DNA of 59,214 bases from Oscillospiraceae bacterium. GTDB lineage: Bacteria > Bacillota > Clostridia > Oscillospirales > Oscillospiraceae. Position numbers and translations under genes: made by a program. The stretch covers positions 1 to 59,214 of the forward strand of contig JAISIK010000001.1 of assembly GCA_031262065.1 (NCBI GenBank). The letters are read 5' to 3'. The notes beneath the pieces are model-generated. The model was not told the DNA's origin. It worked only from the letters and a program-made list of their open reading frames with translations, and did no database searches. Shown in pieces: positions 1-8,041 of this stretch. How positions within the stretch are numbered: position 1 is the stretch's first letter; each line of letters opens with the position of its first letter.

Positions 1-246
1 GAAGCGATGGCGGGCGCGACCGGATTCCTCACGGCAATTTACGATGGGCTGACTACTCCCCAACAACGCCAGCCGGTCAACATCACCGCTTACAGCAAGG
101 CAACGGGGCTTCCCGTAAGTAAGACACGGACGGTGAGCTTGGAATCGCTTCTGGCAAGCATGTACTCCGCGAACCCGAATTTGGTGAATGCTACTATGAA
201 ATACGGCGACTCCGCGCAGGCTTTCTTCAATTACGTCGTTCAGTAA
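1..246 (+). CDS. C-terminal fragment of a hypothetical protein (5' end outside the window)
   Basis: Frame is open from base 1 (GAA GCG ATG...) to TAA at 244-246 and is followed by a terminator hairpin. Ends ...LVNATMKYGDSAQAFFNYVVQ; no family confidently recognised. Confidence 0.6.
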   Translation, partial: EAMAGATGFLTAIYDGLTTPQQRQPVNITAYSKATGLPVSKTRTVSLESLLASMYSANPNLVNATMKYGDSAQAFFNYVVQ

Positions 247-292
247 GCGCGAAGGGAAAACCAAACAATAGCAAATACTCGCATCTACCCAA

Positions 293-322
293 AAGCGGGA
301 AGCACATTTGTGCTTCCCGCTT
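293..322 (+). terminator. Probable intrinsic terminator
   Basis: Inverted repeat AAGCGGGAAGCACA / TGTGCTTCCCGCTT just downstream of the first ORF. Confidence 0.7.
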
Positions 323-343
323 CTCATCATTGAGGCAGAAAAA

Positions 344-861
344 GAGGCAGCAGAAAATTCGTTTGATGCTGACTCAGCTTGTCAAAAGACCTCGTATGCC
401 TATTCGCCGCCTCTGGGCGGCGAATAGGCATACGAGGGTCGAATCTGCACCGCCTGTCGGCGTCCCTTTTCGGTGCTTTTTCACTTACGCTACCACAGGC
501 ACTCCTTCCACCATCCAATCACGCTGCGCTACGCTTGCGTTCTTGGGGTGTCAGTTGTAAAGCGCCCCTTCCGCCGACCAATCGCCCATCGCCTCCGGCT
601 CTTGGGGCGTCAGTTGTATTGACAAGGGATTTTGCAATGAATTGGCTGAAATTTGCCGTCAAAAAACCAGTGCGGGTTCGACTCTCGTATTCCTAGTATC
701 CAAATCATTTTCCCCGGCGGCGTTGAAGTGTACACCAAGGAAAATACTTATCGGTCAGAGCGTGACTAGATGTTTGCAATAGGCGGACATCTAGTCGCGG
801 GTCTGACTGCTAGCTCTTCTTTGACAGTCTGAGGCAGCAGCAAATGAATTGCTGCTGCCTC
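344..861. mobile_element. Putative non-autonomous element (MITE-like or IS remnant) with imperfect terminal inverted repeats and internal hairpins
   Basis: 344-388 GAGGCAGCAGAAAATTCGTTTGATGCTGACTCAGCTTGTCAAAAG resembles the reverse complement of ~818-861 (GAGGCAGCAGCAATTCATTTGCTGCTGCCTCAGACTGTCAAAGA). Perfect 22-bp stem at 390-437, long stem at 754-807, direct repeat TCTTGGGG(T/C)GTCAGTTGTA at 541 and 600. No transposase ORF. Confidence 0.5.
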
Positions 862-874
862 TTGCCGTTTATAT

Positions 875-1624
875 TTATCGGTGGTAGTTGATGATGCCCT
901 CGAATTTCGCGGCGACAAGGCTCGCGCCGCCGATGAGTCCGCCGTCAATTTCCGGCTGGCTCATGAGTTCGCCTGCGTTCTTCTCGTTCATACTGCCGCC
1001 GTAGAGGATGCGCACCTGCTGCGCCGCATCGCCAAACATCTCGCGGATTGCGCCGCGGATATCCGCAATCGTGCGGTTGGCGTCGTCCGCCGTGGCGGTC
1101 ATGCCGGTGCCGATTGCCCAAATCGGCTCGTAGGCAATGACGACATCGCTAATCTGCGCCCGACTGACGCCGCAAAGCGCCGCCTTTGTCTGCATGCAGA
1201 CGACCTCTTTTGTGATGCCGGTCTGCTTTTCCGCCAAGCTCTCGCCGACGCAGACGATGGGTTTCAGCCCTTCTGTGAGTACTTTCAGCGTCTTTTTGTT
1301 GACCGTAGCATCTGTTTCGCCGAAGTACTGGCGGCGCTCGGAGTGACCGAGAATCACATACTCCACGCCCAGTTCCTGCAAGCTCGCACAGTTTGCCTCG
1401 CCGGTGAACGCGCCCTTATCCTCAAAATGCACATTCTGCGCACCGAGGCGGATTTGCGTCCCTTTCAGCTGCATTCCTGCTGCGAAAAGGCTGACCGTCA
1501 TCGGGCACACCACAACCTCCACATTGGTCTTGGGCTGTATTTTCTTCAATTCCTGCAAAAGGGCAACCGTTTGGGCAGGCGTTTGGTTCATCTTCCAGTT
1601 GCCTGCAATCAAAGGTCTTCTCAT
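875..1624 (-). CDS. tpiA: Triosephosphate isomerase
   Basis: AGNWKMN, ILGHSERR, IAYEPIWAIGTG, YGGS and LIGGASL motifs intact. Start placed at MRRPLIAGNWK, 1 bp after the deoC stop. Confidence 0.96.
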   Translation of the reverse strand: MRRPLIAGNWKMNQTPAQTVALLQELKKIQPKTNVEVVVCPMTVSLFAAGMQLKGTQIRLGAQNVHFEDKGAFTGEANCASLQELGVEYVILGHSERRQYFGETDATVNKKTLKVLTEGLKPIVCVGESLAEKQTGITKEVVCMQTKAALCGVSRAQISDVVIAYEPIWAIGTGMTATADDANRTIADIRGAIREMFGDAAQQVRILYGGSMNEKNAGELMSQPEIDGGLIGGASLVAAKFEGIINYHR

Positions 1625-1625
1625 A

Positions 1626-2456
1626 TCAATACAGCTTCGAGCGGATTTCGACGTTGCCGCTCGGGCAGTGCTTCTTGCAGTTGCCGCAGTTGACGCACTT
1701 GTGCTCGTCGTTCTTGACGCCGGAGACAATCTTCACCGTGGAGCTTGCGCCCATGCGGTTTGCGCCCGCCTTGAGCATCGCCACAGCGTCGTCGTAGGTG
1801 CGAACGCCGCCGGACGCCTTAACGCCGATGTCCGGTCCGACCGTCTCGCGCATGAGGCGGACGTCCTCGACGGTTGCGCCGCCGGTGGAATAGCCTGTAG
1901 AGGTCTTCACGAAGTGCGCGCCCGCAAGTTTCGCCACGGTGCATGCCTTGACCTTCTCTTCGTCGGTCAGCTGGCATGCCTCGATGATGACCTTAACCGT
2001 TGCACGTCCCTTAACTGCGTTGACAACGCCCTCGATGTCGCGCTTGACGAGCATCCAGTCGCCGGACTTGATTGCCCCGACGTTGATGACCATGTCGATT
2101 TCTCTAGCGCCCTTGCTTGCGGCATCCGAGGCTTCAAACGCTTTGGATTCCGGCGTGCTGGTGCCGAAGGGGAAGGCAATCACGCAGCAGGGCGTTACGC
2201 CGCTGCCCTCGAGCTGCCGCGCCACATACTCGATGTACGACGGATTTACGCAGACGCTTGCGCAGTGCAGCTTCTTTGCCTCGTCGCAAATCTTGCGAAC
2301 GTCCTCGACGCTGGCTTCCGGCTTGAGGAAGGTGTGGTCGATATACTTCGCCATATCCGCAGGGGCATAGCCGGCGTCGCCGCCGGAGCTTGCCTGCCCC
2401 GCGTATTTTGAACAGATTTCCTCTGTGACTTGTCTGATAATTTCATTGATATCCAT
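1626..2456 (-). CDS. deoC: Deoxyribose-phosphate aldolase with an N-terminal encapsulation-peptide-like helix and a C-terminal CxxCxxCxxxCP motif
   Basis: [37 protein letters not shown] (Schiff-base Lys), [14 protein letters not shown]. Tail is ...[23 protein letters not shown]. Confidence 0.95.
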   Translation of the reverse strand: MDINEIIRQVTEEICSKYAGQASSGGDAGYAPADMAKYIDHTFLKPEASVEDVRKICDEAKKLHCASVCVNPSYIEYVARQLEGSGVTPCCVIAFPFGTSTPESKAFEASDAASKGAREIDMVINVGAIKSGDWMLVKRDIEGVVNAVKGRATVKVIIEACQLTDEEKVKACTVAKLAGAHFVKTSTGYSTGGATVEDVRLMRETVGPDIGVKASGGVRTYDDAVAMLKAGANRMGASSTVKIVSGVKNDEHKCVNCGNCKKHCPSGNVEIRSKLY

Positions 2457-2477
2457 GAAAGTAAGTTCCCTTTCGTA

Positions 2478-3254
2478 TTAGAGTGTGAAGGTGCTTTGCG
2501 ATCTCCCATTTGCCTCGGCGGCAATTTTCGCGGTAGCGGTCAAGCCCAAGCGGGTTGCGCCCGCGGCAAGCAGCTGCTGCGCCTGCGCTAAGGTTTTGAT
2601 GCCGCCGTCAATCTTAATGCCGACATGTCTGCCGAGAATCTCATGCGCCAGACGTACGTCCTCAACACGCGCACCGTGCCCGCTGAGCATGTTCTGAATT
2701 TTCACAAAATCCACGCCGCTCGTGCGCAGCATCGTCAGCACCGCCCGCTTTTCTTCCGAAGAATAGAGCGAATGCTCGAACACCGCCTTGAGTTTTGCCT
2801 TTCCGAGGCTTGCGCGCAGCAGTTCCTCAAGCTCGCGCATGGCAAGGTCGAGCCTGCCGGATTTGACTGCAAGCACGTTAATTGCCACGTCGATTTCCTG
2901 CGCGCCGCTTGCCATGCACTCGCGAAGCTCCGCCATCTTTGCACTTTGCGACATGCAGCCATGCGGAAAGCCGATTGCCGTGCCGACTGCGACGGTGCTG
3001 CCCAGAAGCTCTTCGCGGGCGACGCTTACATAGTACGGCGCAACGCAAATCGCAGCTACCCCGTATTTGCGCGCAATGCCGCAGCCCTCGCGAATGGCTG
3101 CCTCCGTCGTATCGGGACTCAGAAGGGAATGCTCCAAATGCGCAACGACGTCCGCCCCGACAACGCGCCCTTGGTAAGGCGCTGCAACAGTATCGGCGTG
3201 GAAATACTGCATGACCTGCTTTTCCACTTCTTTTCTGATTGCTTCAATATCCAT
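2478..3254 (-). CDS. Divergent DeoC-family class I aldolase paralogue with an N-terminal encapsulation-peptide-like helix
   Basis: LEHSLL, ICVAP, IGFPHG, EIDVAIN, FVKIQNM, IKIDGGIKT and RLGLTA align with DeoC motifs. Start placed at MDIEAIRKEV (GAGG upstream); alternative start at 3266. Confidence 0.85.
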   Translation of the reverse strand: MDIEAIRKEVEKQVMQYFHADTVAAPYQGRVVGADVVAHLEHSLLSPDTTEAAIREGCGIARKYGVAAICVAPYYVSVAREELLGSTVAVGTAIGFPHGCMSQSAKMAELRECMASGAQEIDVAINVLAVKSGRLDLAMRELEELLRASLGKAKLKAVFEHSLYSSEEKRAVLTMLRTSGVDFVKIQNMLSGHGARVEDVRLAHEILGRHVGIKIDGGIKTLAQAQQLLAAGATRLGLTATAKIAAEANGRSQSTFTL

Positions 3255-3271
3255 GTCCTGCCTCATTCCAA

Positions 3272-3559
3272 TCAATGGTATTCGCGCACTTCGCCGTCGA
3301 TGCTCAGGTGGTCAATCACGCCGCAGATGGTCAGATCTGCAATGCAGGATTTCCCCAAAAACATCATGGCTGCGCCGCCGTCGACATTCACGAGCACCGT
3401 ATCTCCGATACCGGCGTCCGCCGCGTCGAAGGCAATCGCCTGATTGCCCGTCAGCTTGCCGTCTTCATCGATATAATCGATAATCATCAGCTTCTGACCG
3501 GCAAAGCCCTCGTCCTTGATGGTAGACACGACGTTCCCAACGACTCTGGCGAGCTTCAA
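3272..3559 (-). CDS. BMC vertex pentamer (EutN/CcmL family, BMC-P)
   Basis: MKLARVVGNVVSTIKD..., DAGIGDTVL, ICGVID; 95 aa, TTG start. Confidence 0.92.
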   Translation of the reverse strand: MKLARVVGNVVSTIKDEGFAGQKLMIIDYIDEDGKLTGNQAIAFDAADAGIGDTVLVNVDGGAAMMFLGKSCIADLTICGVIDHLSIDGEVREYH

Positions 3560-3564
3560 AGTTT

Positions 3565-3843
3565 TCAGCCCTTTGCAGCGGGCAAAATGCCTTCCACATC
3601 GTCGTGCGGCGAGGGGATTACGTGGCAGCCGTACAGCTCGCCGACGCGCTTCGCGGCAGCCGCGCCTGCGTCAACCGCAGCCTTGACCGCGCCAACGTCG
3701 CCGCGCACCATAACCGTGACAAGCCCCGAGCCGATTTGTTCTTTGCCGATCAGATGCACATCCGCAGCCTTTACCATAGCGTCGGCAGCCTCTACAGAGC
3801 CGATGAGTCCGCGGGTTTCTACCATTCCAAGTGCCAATTTCAT
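3565..3843 (-). CDS. BMC shell hexamer (PduA/EutM-like BMC-H), copy 3
   Basis: [10 protein letters not shown]...AADAMVKAA...[20 protein letters not shown]...HVIPSPH. Confidence 0.96.
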   Translation of the reverse strand: MKLALGMVETRGLIGSVEAADAMVKAADVHLIGKEQIGSGLVTVMVRGDVGAVKAAVDAGAAAAKRVGELYGCHVIPSPHDDVEGILPAAKG

Positions 3844-4124
3844 GTTATTTCCTCCAAATTTTCTTTTACATTATACGTGTCGATAAAGCCTACGATCGCC
3901 GCGTCGGCGGGCGTCAGCTTCTTGCGGAACATCCGCCCCGCTTCCTTCGAGCCGATCAGATAGACAAAATCGCCTCTGCCTGCCTGCCGGGTGGCGTCTG
4001 CCGCAACAATCATTTTCGATTTTTTCCCTTTTTCGATGAGCTGCACAACGAGAAGCGGGATGCCCGCAAGCCCCTGCTCCTTCACCGTCGAAACAACGCA
4101 GCCGACAACCTCCCCGGTATACAT
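3840..4124 (-). CDS. BMC vertex pentamer (EutN/CcmL family, BMC-P)
   Basis: [31 protein letters not shown]; 94 aa. Confidence 0.9.
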   Translation of the reverse strand: MYTGEVVGCVVSTVKEQGLAGIPLLVVQLIEKGKKSKMIVAADATRQAGRGDFVYLIGSKEAGRMFRKKLTPADAAIVGFIDTYNVKENLEEIT

Positions 4125-4128
4125 CGCC

Positions 4129-4404
4129 TTAGCCGAGTACGGGCAGGATGCTCTCTACATCGTCATGCGGCGAGGGAATTACGTGGCAGCCGTACAGCTC
4201 ACCCACGCGCTTCGCGGCTGCCGCGCCTGCGTCAACCGCAGCCTTGACTGCGCCGACGTCGCCGCGCACCATAACGGTAACGAGCCCCGAACCGATTTGC
4301 TGCTTGCCGATGAGATGGACGTTTGCCGCTTTGACCATTGCGTCTGCAGCTTCTACCGCGCCGATAAGACCGCGGGTTTCAACCATGCCTAATGCCAATT
4401 TCAT
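4129..4404 (-). CDS. BMC shell hexamer (BMC-H), copy 2
   Basis: Same motifs as the other two copies. Start MKLALGM at 4404 with an AGGAGG RBS; the ORF-track extension overlaps the upstream gene. Confidence 0.96.
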   Translation of the reverse strand: MKLALGMVETRGLIGAVEAADAMVKAANVHLIGKQQIGSGLVTVMVRGDVGAVKAAVDAGAAAAKRVGELYGCHVIPSPHDDVESILPVLG

Positions 4405-4417
4405 ATTTTGTTTCCTC

Positions 4418-4693
4418 CTATGCCAGTGTGGGAAGGATGCTTTCCACATCGCCGTGCGGCGAGGGGATTACGTGGCAGCCGTACAGCTCGCCGACGCGCT
4501 TTGCGGCAGATGCGCCTGCGTCAACCGCAGCCTTGACTGCGCCGACGTCGCCGCGCACCATAACGGTAACGAGTCCCGAACCAATCTGCTGCTTGCCGAT
4601 GAGGCGGACGTGTGCTGCCTTGACCATTGCATCGGCAGCTTCCACAGCGCCGATAAGACCGCGGGTTTCAACCATGCCCAGTGCTTCTTTCAT
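4418..4693 (-). CDS. BMC shell hexamer (BMC-H), copy 1
   Basis: [13 protein letters not shown]...VKAA...IGSG...HVIPSPH; GGAGG upstream. Confidence 0.96.
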   Translation of the reverse strand: MKEALGMVETRGLIGAVEAADAMVKAAHVRLIGKQQIGSGLVTVMVRGDVGAVKAAVDAGASAAKRVGELYGCHVIPSPHGDVESILPTLA

Positions 4694-4768
4694 TCCTTAA
4701 ATCCTCCAAGTTTTAGTATTGTATGTGAAATTTTGAACTTGCGCACACCGCAGCGGTGTGAACAAATC

Positions 4769-5314
4769 CTAATATAGCGCTTGAATCATATCCGGGTGCG
4801 GGTGGGCAATGACGACGCTTTCCGCCATCAGCCCCTGCACCTGCGGTTCTTTTTCAGCCGCGCTCACTGCCGCGCGGACTGCGGAGACGTCGCCTGTGAG
4901 CGTGATGAACGCCTTGCCGCCAAGCCCTCTGCCGAGGCGAATATCCATCAGGCGGATATCCGCGGCTTTTGCGGCTGCATCTGCCGCGACGACTGCCGCG
5001 CATAAGCTAAAGGCTTCCATGACGCCCGCTGCAGCAACCTGACCGACCTCGTTGCAGGCGTTGATTGCGCGGGGCACTTGCTCGTGAACATGAGAAATTA
5101 CCATGCCGTCAACCAAGCGGTGACCGGCTGCGCTCTTGCCTGCTGCAACGCTCTCCGTCACCGCAGCCACATCGCCGGTGACAATGACGATGTACTTGCC
5201 CGCGCAGACGCTCTGCGCAAACACGAGCTGCACCATCGCAGCTTTGAGCATCGCGTCGCCCGCAAGCACGCCGACGGGGATGCTGTTTAGCTCAATCATT
5301 CCCAGCGCGTTCAT
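4769..5314 (-). CDS. pduT: Tandem-domain BMC shell protein, PduT-like (BMC-T)
   Basis: ALGMIELNSI, DAMLKAA, SVCAGKY (pore Cys equivalent to PduT CPGK), RLGRGLGGKAF; 181 aa, adjacent to a pduS-like gene. Confidence 0.9.
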   Translation of the reverse strand: MNALGMIELNSIPVGVLAGDAMLKAAMVQLVFAQSVCAGKYIVIVTGDVAAVTESVAAGKSAAGHRLVDGMVISHVHEQVPRAINACNEVGQVAAAGVMEAFSLCAAVVAADAAAKAADIRLMDIRLGRGLGGKAFITLTGDVSAVRAAVSAAEKEPQVQGLMAESVVIAHPHPDMIQALY

Positions 5315-6624
5315 TTCGTCACCTTCCTTATCTCGATATACTCCTGCGTGACCTCCGTGACTGTGCCGGAGATGCTCGCGTGCATTTTCACGCCGAGCTT
5401 CTTTTCCGCAATGTCCGCAACGAGCTGGTTTTTTCGCACCTTGTCGCCCGTTGCAACCACCGCCACGCTCGGCGCGCCGACGCCCATGTGGAGCTTGATG
5501 CGCACACAGTCTGCGGCAAGCGCCTTGTCCTGCATCGGGGCGGGCACGTCATACTGCAAAAGCCCCAAACGCCCAACCAGCCGCGAAACCGGGAGCTTCA
5601 ACGCACCCATGCCCTCCGAAACCGCGCCGAAAACCTCTTTTCGGGGACGAATGCCGTCGCTTGCCATGGCGGATTTGAGCGTCTGCATCGCCTGCGAGGG
5701 TTTCAGCCCGAAGTTGCAGGCTTGGTAGGTGCAGATTCCGCAGTTGCAGCAGGAGAAGATGCCGTTAAAATCGCCCAAAAGGTCGATGCCGTTTGCAAGC
5801 GAGCGCATCGCCTTATGCGGCTGCACGTTCAGCCCCAGCGCATTTCGCGGGCACATCTGCGTGCACATTGTGCATTGGCAGCAGACGGATTTGATGAGGC
5901 GTAAATCCAACGACGGCGATTTTTGCTGCAAGAGCGGGTGCTCCTTCGGTATCGCCAAAATCCCGCCTGTGGTTTTCGTCACCGGGATATCCGTCGTATC
6001 GACCACCATGCCCATGCACGGGCCGCCGATAATATACGCGCAGTCGCAGGTCGTTCCGCCTGCGGCCTCCAGAAGTTTCGTAAGCGAAATGCCGACCGGG
6101 ACTTTCAGCGTCATCGGCGTTTTGACCGCGCCGCCGACTGTGACGTATTTGTCAATCACTTTTTTGCCGTCGATGGCGGCTGCGATATTGGCAAGTGTGC
6201 TCACGTTGCAGACCACTGCGCCCACGTCGAGCGGCAAGCCGCCCGTGGGCACAACCTTGCCCGTAACCTCGTAAACAATCTGCTGTTCGTCCCCCGCCGG
6301 ATAGTAGGTCTCGAGCAGATGCAGGCGCACATCGTCTGCACTGCCGATTTCCGCCTTGAGGGCGTCAACTGCCGCATGGTAGTGCGCTTTCAGGCAGATA
6401 ACCGCATGCTCCGCGCCGACAAATTCCTTCACCGCGCGGATGCCGCGCACAACAGCTGCAGCATCCACCTGCATCACCTGCTGATCTACGCGCAGCAGCG
6501 GCTCGCACTCTGCGCCGTTTGCAAGGACATACTGCGCCTTGCAGTTGACCTTCACATGGGTGGGAAAGCCCGCGCCGCCTGCGCCCAAAATGCCCGCGTC
6601 ACAAATGATCTTCGTCAATTCCAT
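5311..6624 (-). CDS. pduS: PduS-like (RnfC-related) FMN/Fe-S oxidoreductase
   Basis: GAGGAGFPTHVK, NGAECEPLL, YPAGDEQ, IIGGPCMG; two Fe-S motifs, CCQCTMCTQMCP and CCNCGICTYQAC. Confidence 0.9.
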   Translation of the reverse strand: MELTKIICDAGILGAGGAGFPTHVKVNCKAQYVLANGAECEPLLRVDQQVMQVDAAAVVRGIRAVKEFVGAEHAVICLKAHYHAAVDALKAEIGSADDVRLHLLETYYPAGDEQQIVYEVTGKVVPTGGLPLDVGAVVCNVSTLANIAAAIDGKKVIDKYVTVGGAVKTPMTLKVPVGISLTKLLEAAGGTTCDCAYIIGGPCMGMVVDTTDIPVTKTTGGILAIPKEHPLLQQKSPSLDLRLIKSVCCQCTMCTQMCPRNALGLNVQPHKAMRSLANGIDLLGDFNGIFSCCNCGICTYQACNFGLKPSQAMQTLKSAMASDGIRPRKEVFGAVSEGMGALKLPVSRLVGRLGLLQYDVPAPMQDKALAADCVRIKLHMGVGAPSVAVVATGDKVRKNQLVADIAEKKLGVKMHASISGTVTEVTQEYIEIRKVTK

Positions 6625-6634
6625 CGCAGACGCC

Positions 6635-8029
6635 TCAGATGATGCGGAAGTCGCCCTTGAGCACGCAGCGGCGCGCTCTCGTGAAGGACTTCGCGCTGGT
6701 CAAGCCCTCGCCGGTCGGCGTGGCGATGGTCAGCGTGGTGTGCCCCTCGCCGCCGAAGCCCAACCCGGAGTAGGACGGCGCGTTTTTCACAAAAATGGTG
6801 GTATTCATCGCCCGTGCCGCCTTGGACATATTGTGGATATTCGAAGAATGAATCATGGCGGAGTGCTGGTTGCCCTGCTCTGCCCGAAGCGATTCGCGCA
6901 GCGCTTCCTCGAAATTTGCCACGCGCACAATGCCAAGCACCGGCATAAGCATTTCCACCTCGACAAAGGGATGCGCGCGGTCAACCTCCGCAATAACCAG
7001 CACCGGCTCGCCTGTGAACTGCACACCGCTCTCGCGCAGGATGTAGCTTGCGTTTCGACCGACAAACTTGCGGTTGATGGCGTACTTGCCGCCGTTTTCC
7101 ACTAGAACCGTGCGCACAACCTTGTCAATATCTGCGCCGAAGACGCGGAAAGCGCCGTGCTGCTGCATGGTATTCATCAGCGCATCTGCAACCGATTCTA
7201 CCACAAACACTTCCTTCTCGGCAACGCACAGGACGTTATTATCAAAGCTCGCGCCGTCTACAATATCCTTCGCTGCCTGCGGAATTCTTGCGGTTTCGTC
7301 AACAATTACGGGGGGATTGCCCGGACCTGCCGCAACGCACTTCTTGCCCGAGCGCATCGCCACATGCACCACCGCCTCGCCGCCTGTGACTGCAAGCATC
7401 TTGATTGCCTTGTGGGTCATGATGACGTTGGATGTGTCCATCGTCGGCTCTTTCGGCGCGGTGATCAGTCCGTTCGGACCGCCCGCCGCGATAATGGCGC
7501 TGTTGAGAAGCTCCATCGCCTTCTGCGAGGCGCGTTTTGCAGCCGGGTGGGGGTTAAAAACCACCGCATTCCCTGCAGCAATCATGCTGATGGCGTTGTT
7601 GATAATCGTTGCCGTGGGGTTCGTTGACGGCGTGATTGCGCCGATGACGCCGTAGGGCGCTGTTTCCACCAAGGTCAAACCGTCGTCGCCGCTGTAGGCA
7701 GTCGGGTGCAAATCCTCGATGCCGGGCGTTTTGTTCGCAGCCAGCAGATTCTTGAGAATCTTGTGGGGGACTTTGCCGTAGCCGGTTTCTTCGTTTGCGA
7801 TTACCGCCAGCGCCTCCGCATTTTCGCGGGCTGCGGTGCGCATCGCCTCGATGAGCTTGCCGCGCTCTTCCAAAGACAGCTCCATCAGCCGCCTCTGCGC
7901 AGCAACTGCAGTATTGATTGCCTCATGCACATCGTCAAAGAGGCACTGCCCCTCGGCAGCGTATGTACCGCTGAAGCTCTGCTGCATCGATGCTGCAATG
8001 CGCCGAATCTCTTCTTTTGTCAATGCCAT
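6635..8029 (-). CDS. CoA-acylating aldehyde dehydrogenase (EutE/PduP family)
   Basis: PYGVIGAITPSTNP, VTGG, AGPGNPPVIVDE, SFDNNVLCVAEKE (catalytic Cys), TIATPTGEG; short N-terminal helix extension. Confidence 0.95.
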   Translation of the reverse strand: MALTKEEIRRIAASMQQSFSGTYAAEGQCLFDDVHEAINTAVAAQRRLMELSLEERGKLIEAMRTAARENAEALAVIANEETGYGKVPHKILKNLLAANKTPGIEDLHPTAYSGDDGLTLVETAPYGVIGAITPSTNPTATIINNAISMIAAGNAVVFNPHPAAKRASQKAMELLNSAIIAAGGPNGLITAPKEPTMDTSNVIMTHKAIKMLAVTGGEAVVHVAMRSGKKCVAAGPGNPPVIVDETARIPQAAKDIVDGASFDNNVLCVAEKEVFVVESVADALMNTMQQHGAFRVFGADIDKVVRTVLVENGGKYAINRKFVGRNASYILRESGVQFTGEPVLVIAEVDRAHPFVEVEMLMPVLGIVRVANFEEALRESLRAEQGNQHSAMIHSSNIHNMSKAARAMNTTIFVKNAPSYSGLGFGGEGHTTLTIATPTGEGLTSAKSFTRARRCVLKGDFRII

Positions 8030-8041
8030 ACTCTATTCTCC

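Noticed and set aside
670-690. tRNA T-arm-like sequence GCGGG-TTCGACT-CTCGT
   Set aside because: No acceptor stem, D-arm, anticodon arm or CCA could be built around it. Not called as a tRNA or att site.
327-948. Short ORFs (63-105 aa) in the structured element
   Set aside because: No RBS or recognisable domain; the translations mirror the palindromes.
3565-4693. Long DNA repeats suggesting a CRISPR array or misassembly
   Set aside because: They are three BMC-H paralogues with distinct synonymous and terminal differences and no repeat-spacer periodicity. No CRISPR array or cas gene was seen in the window.
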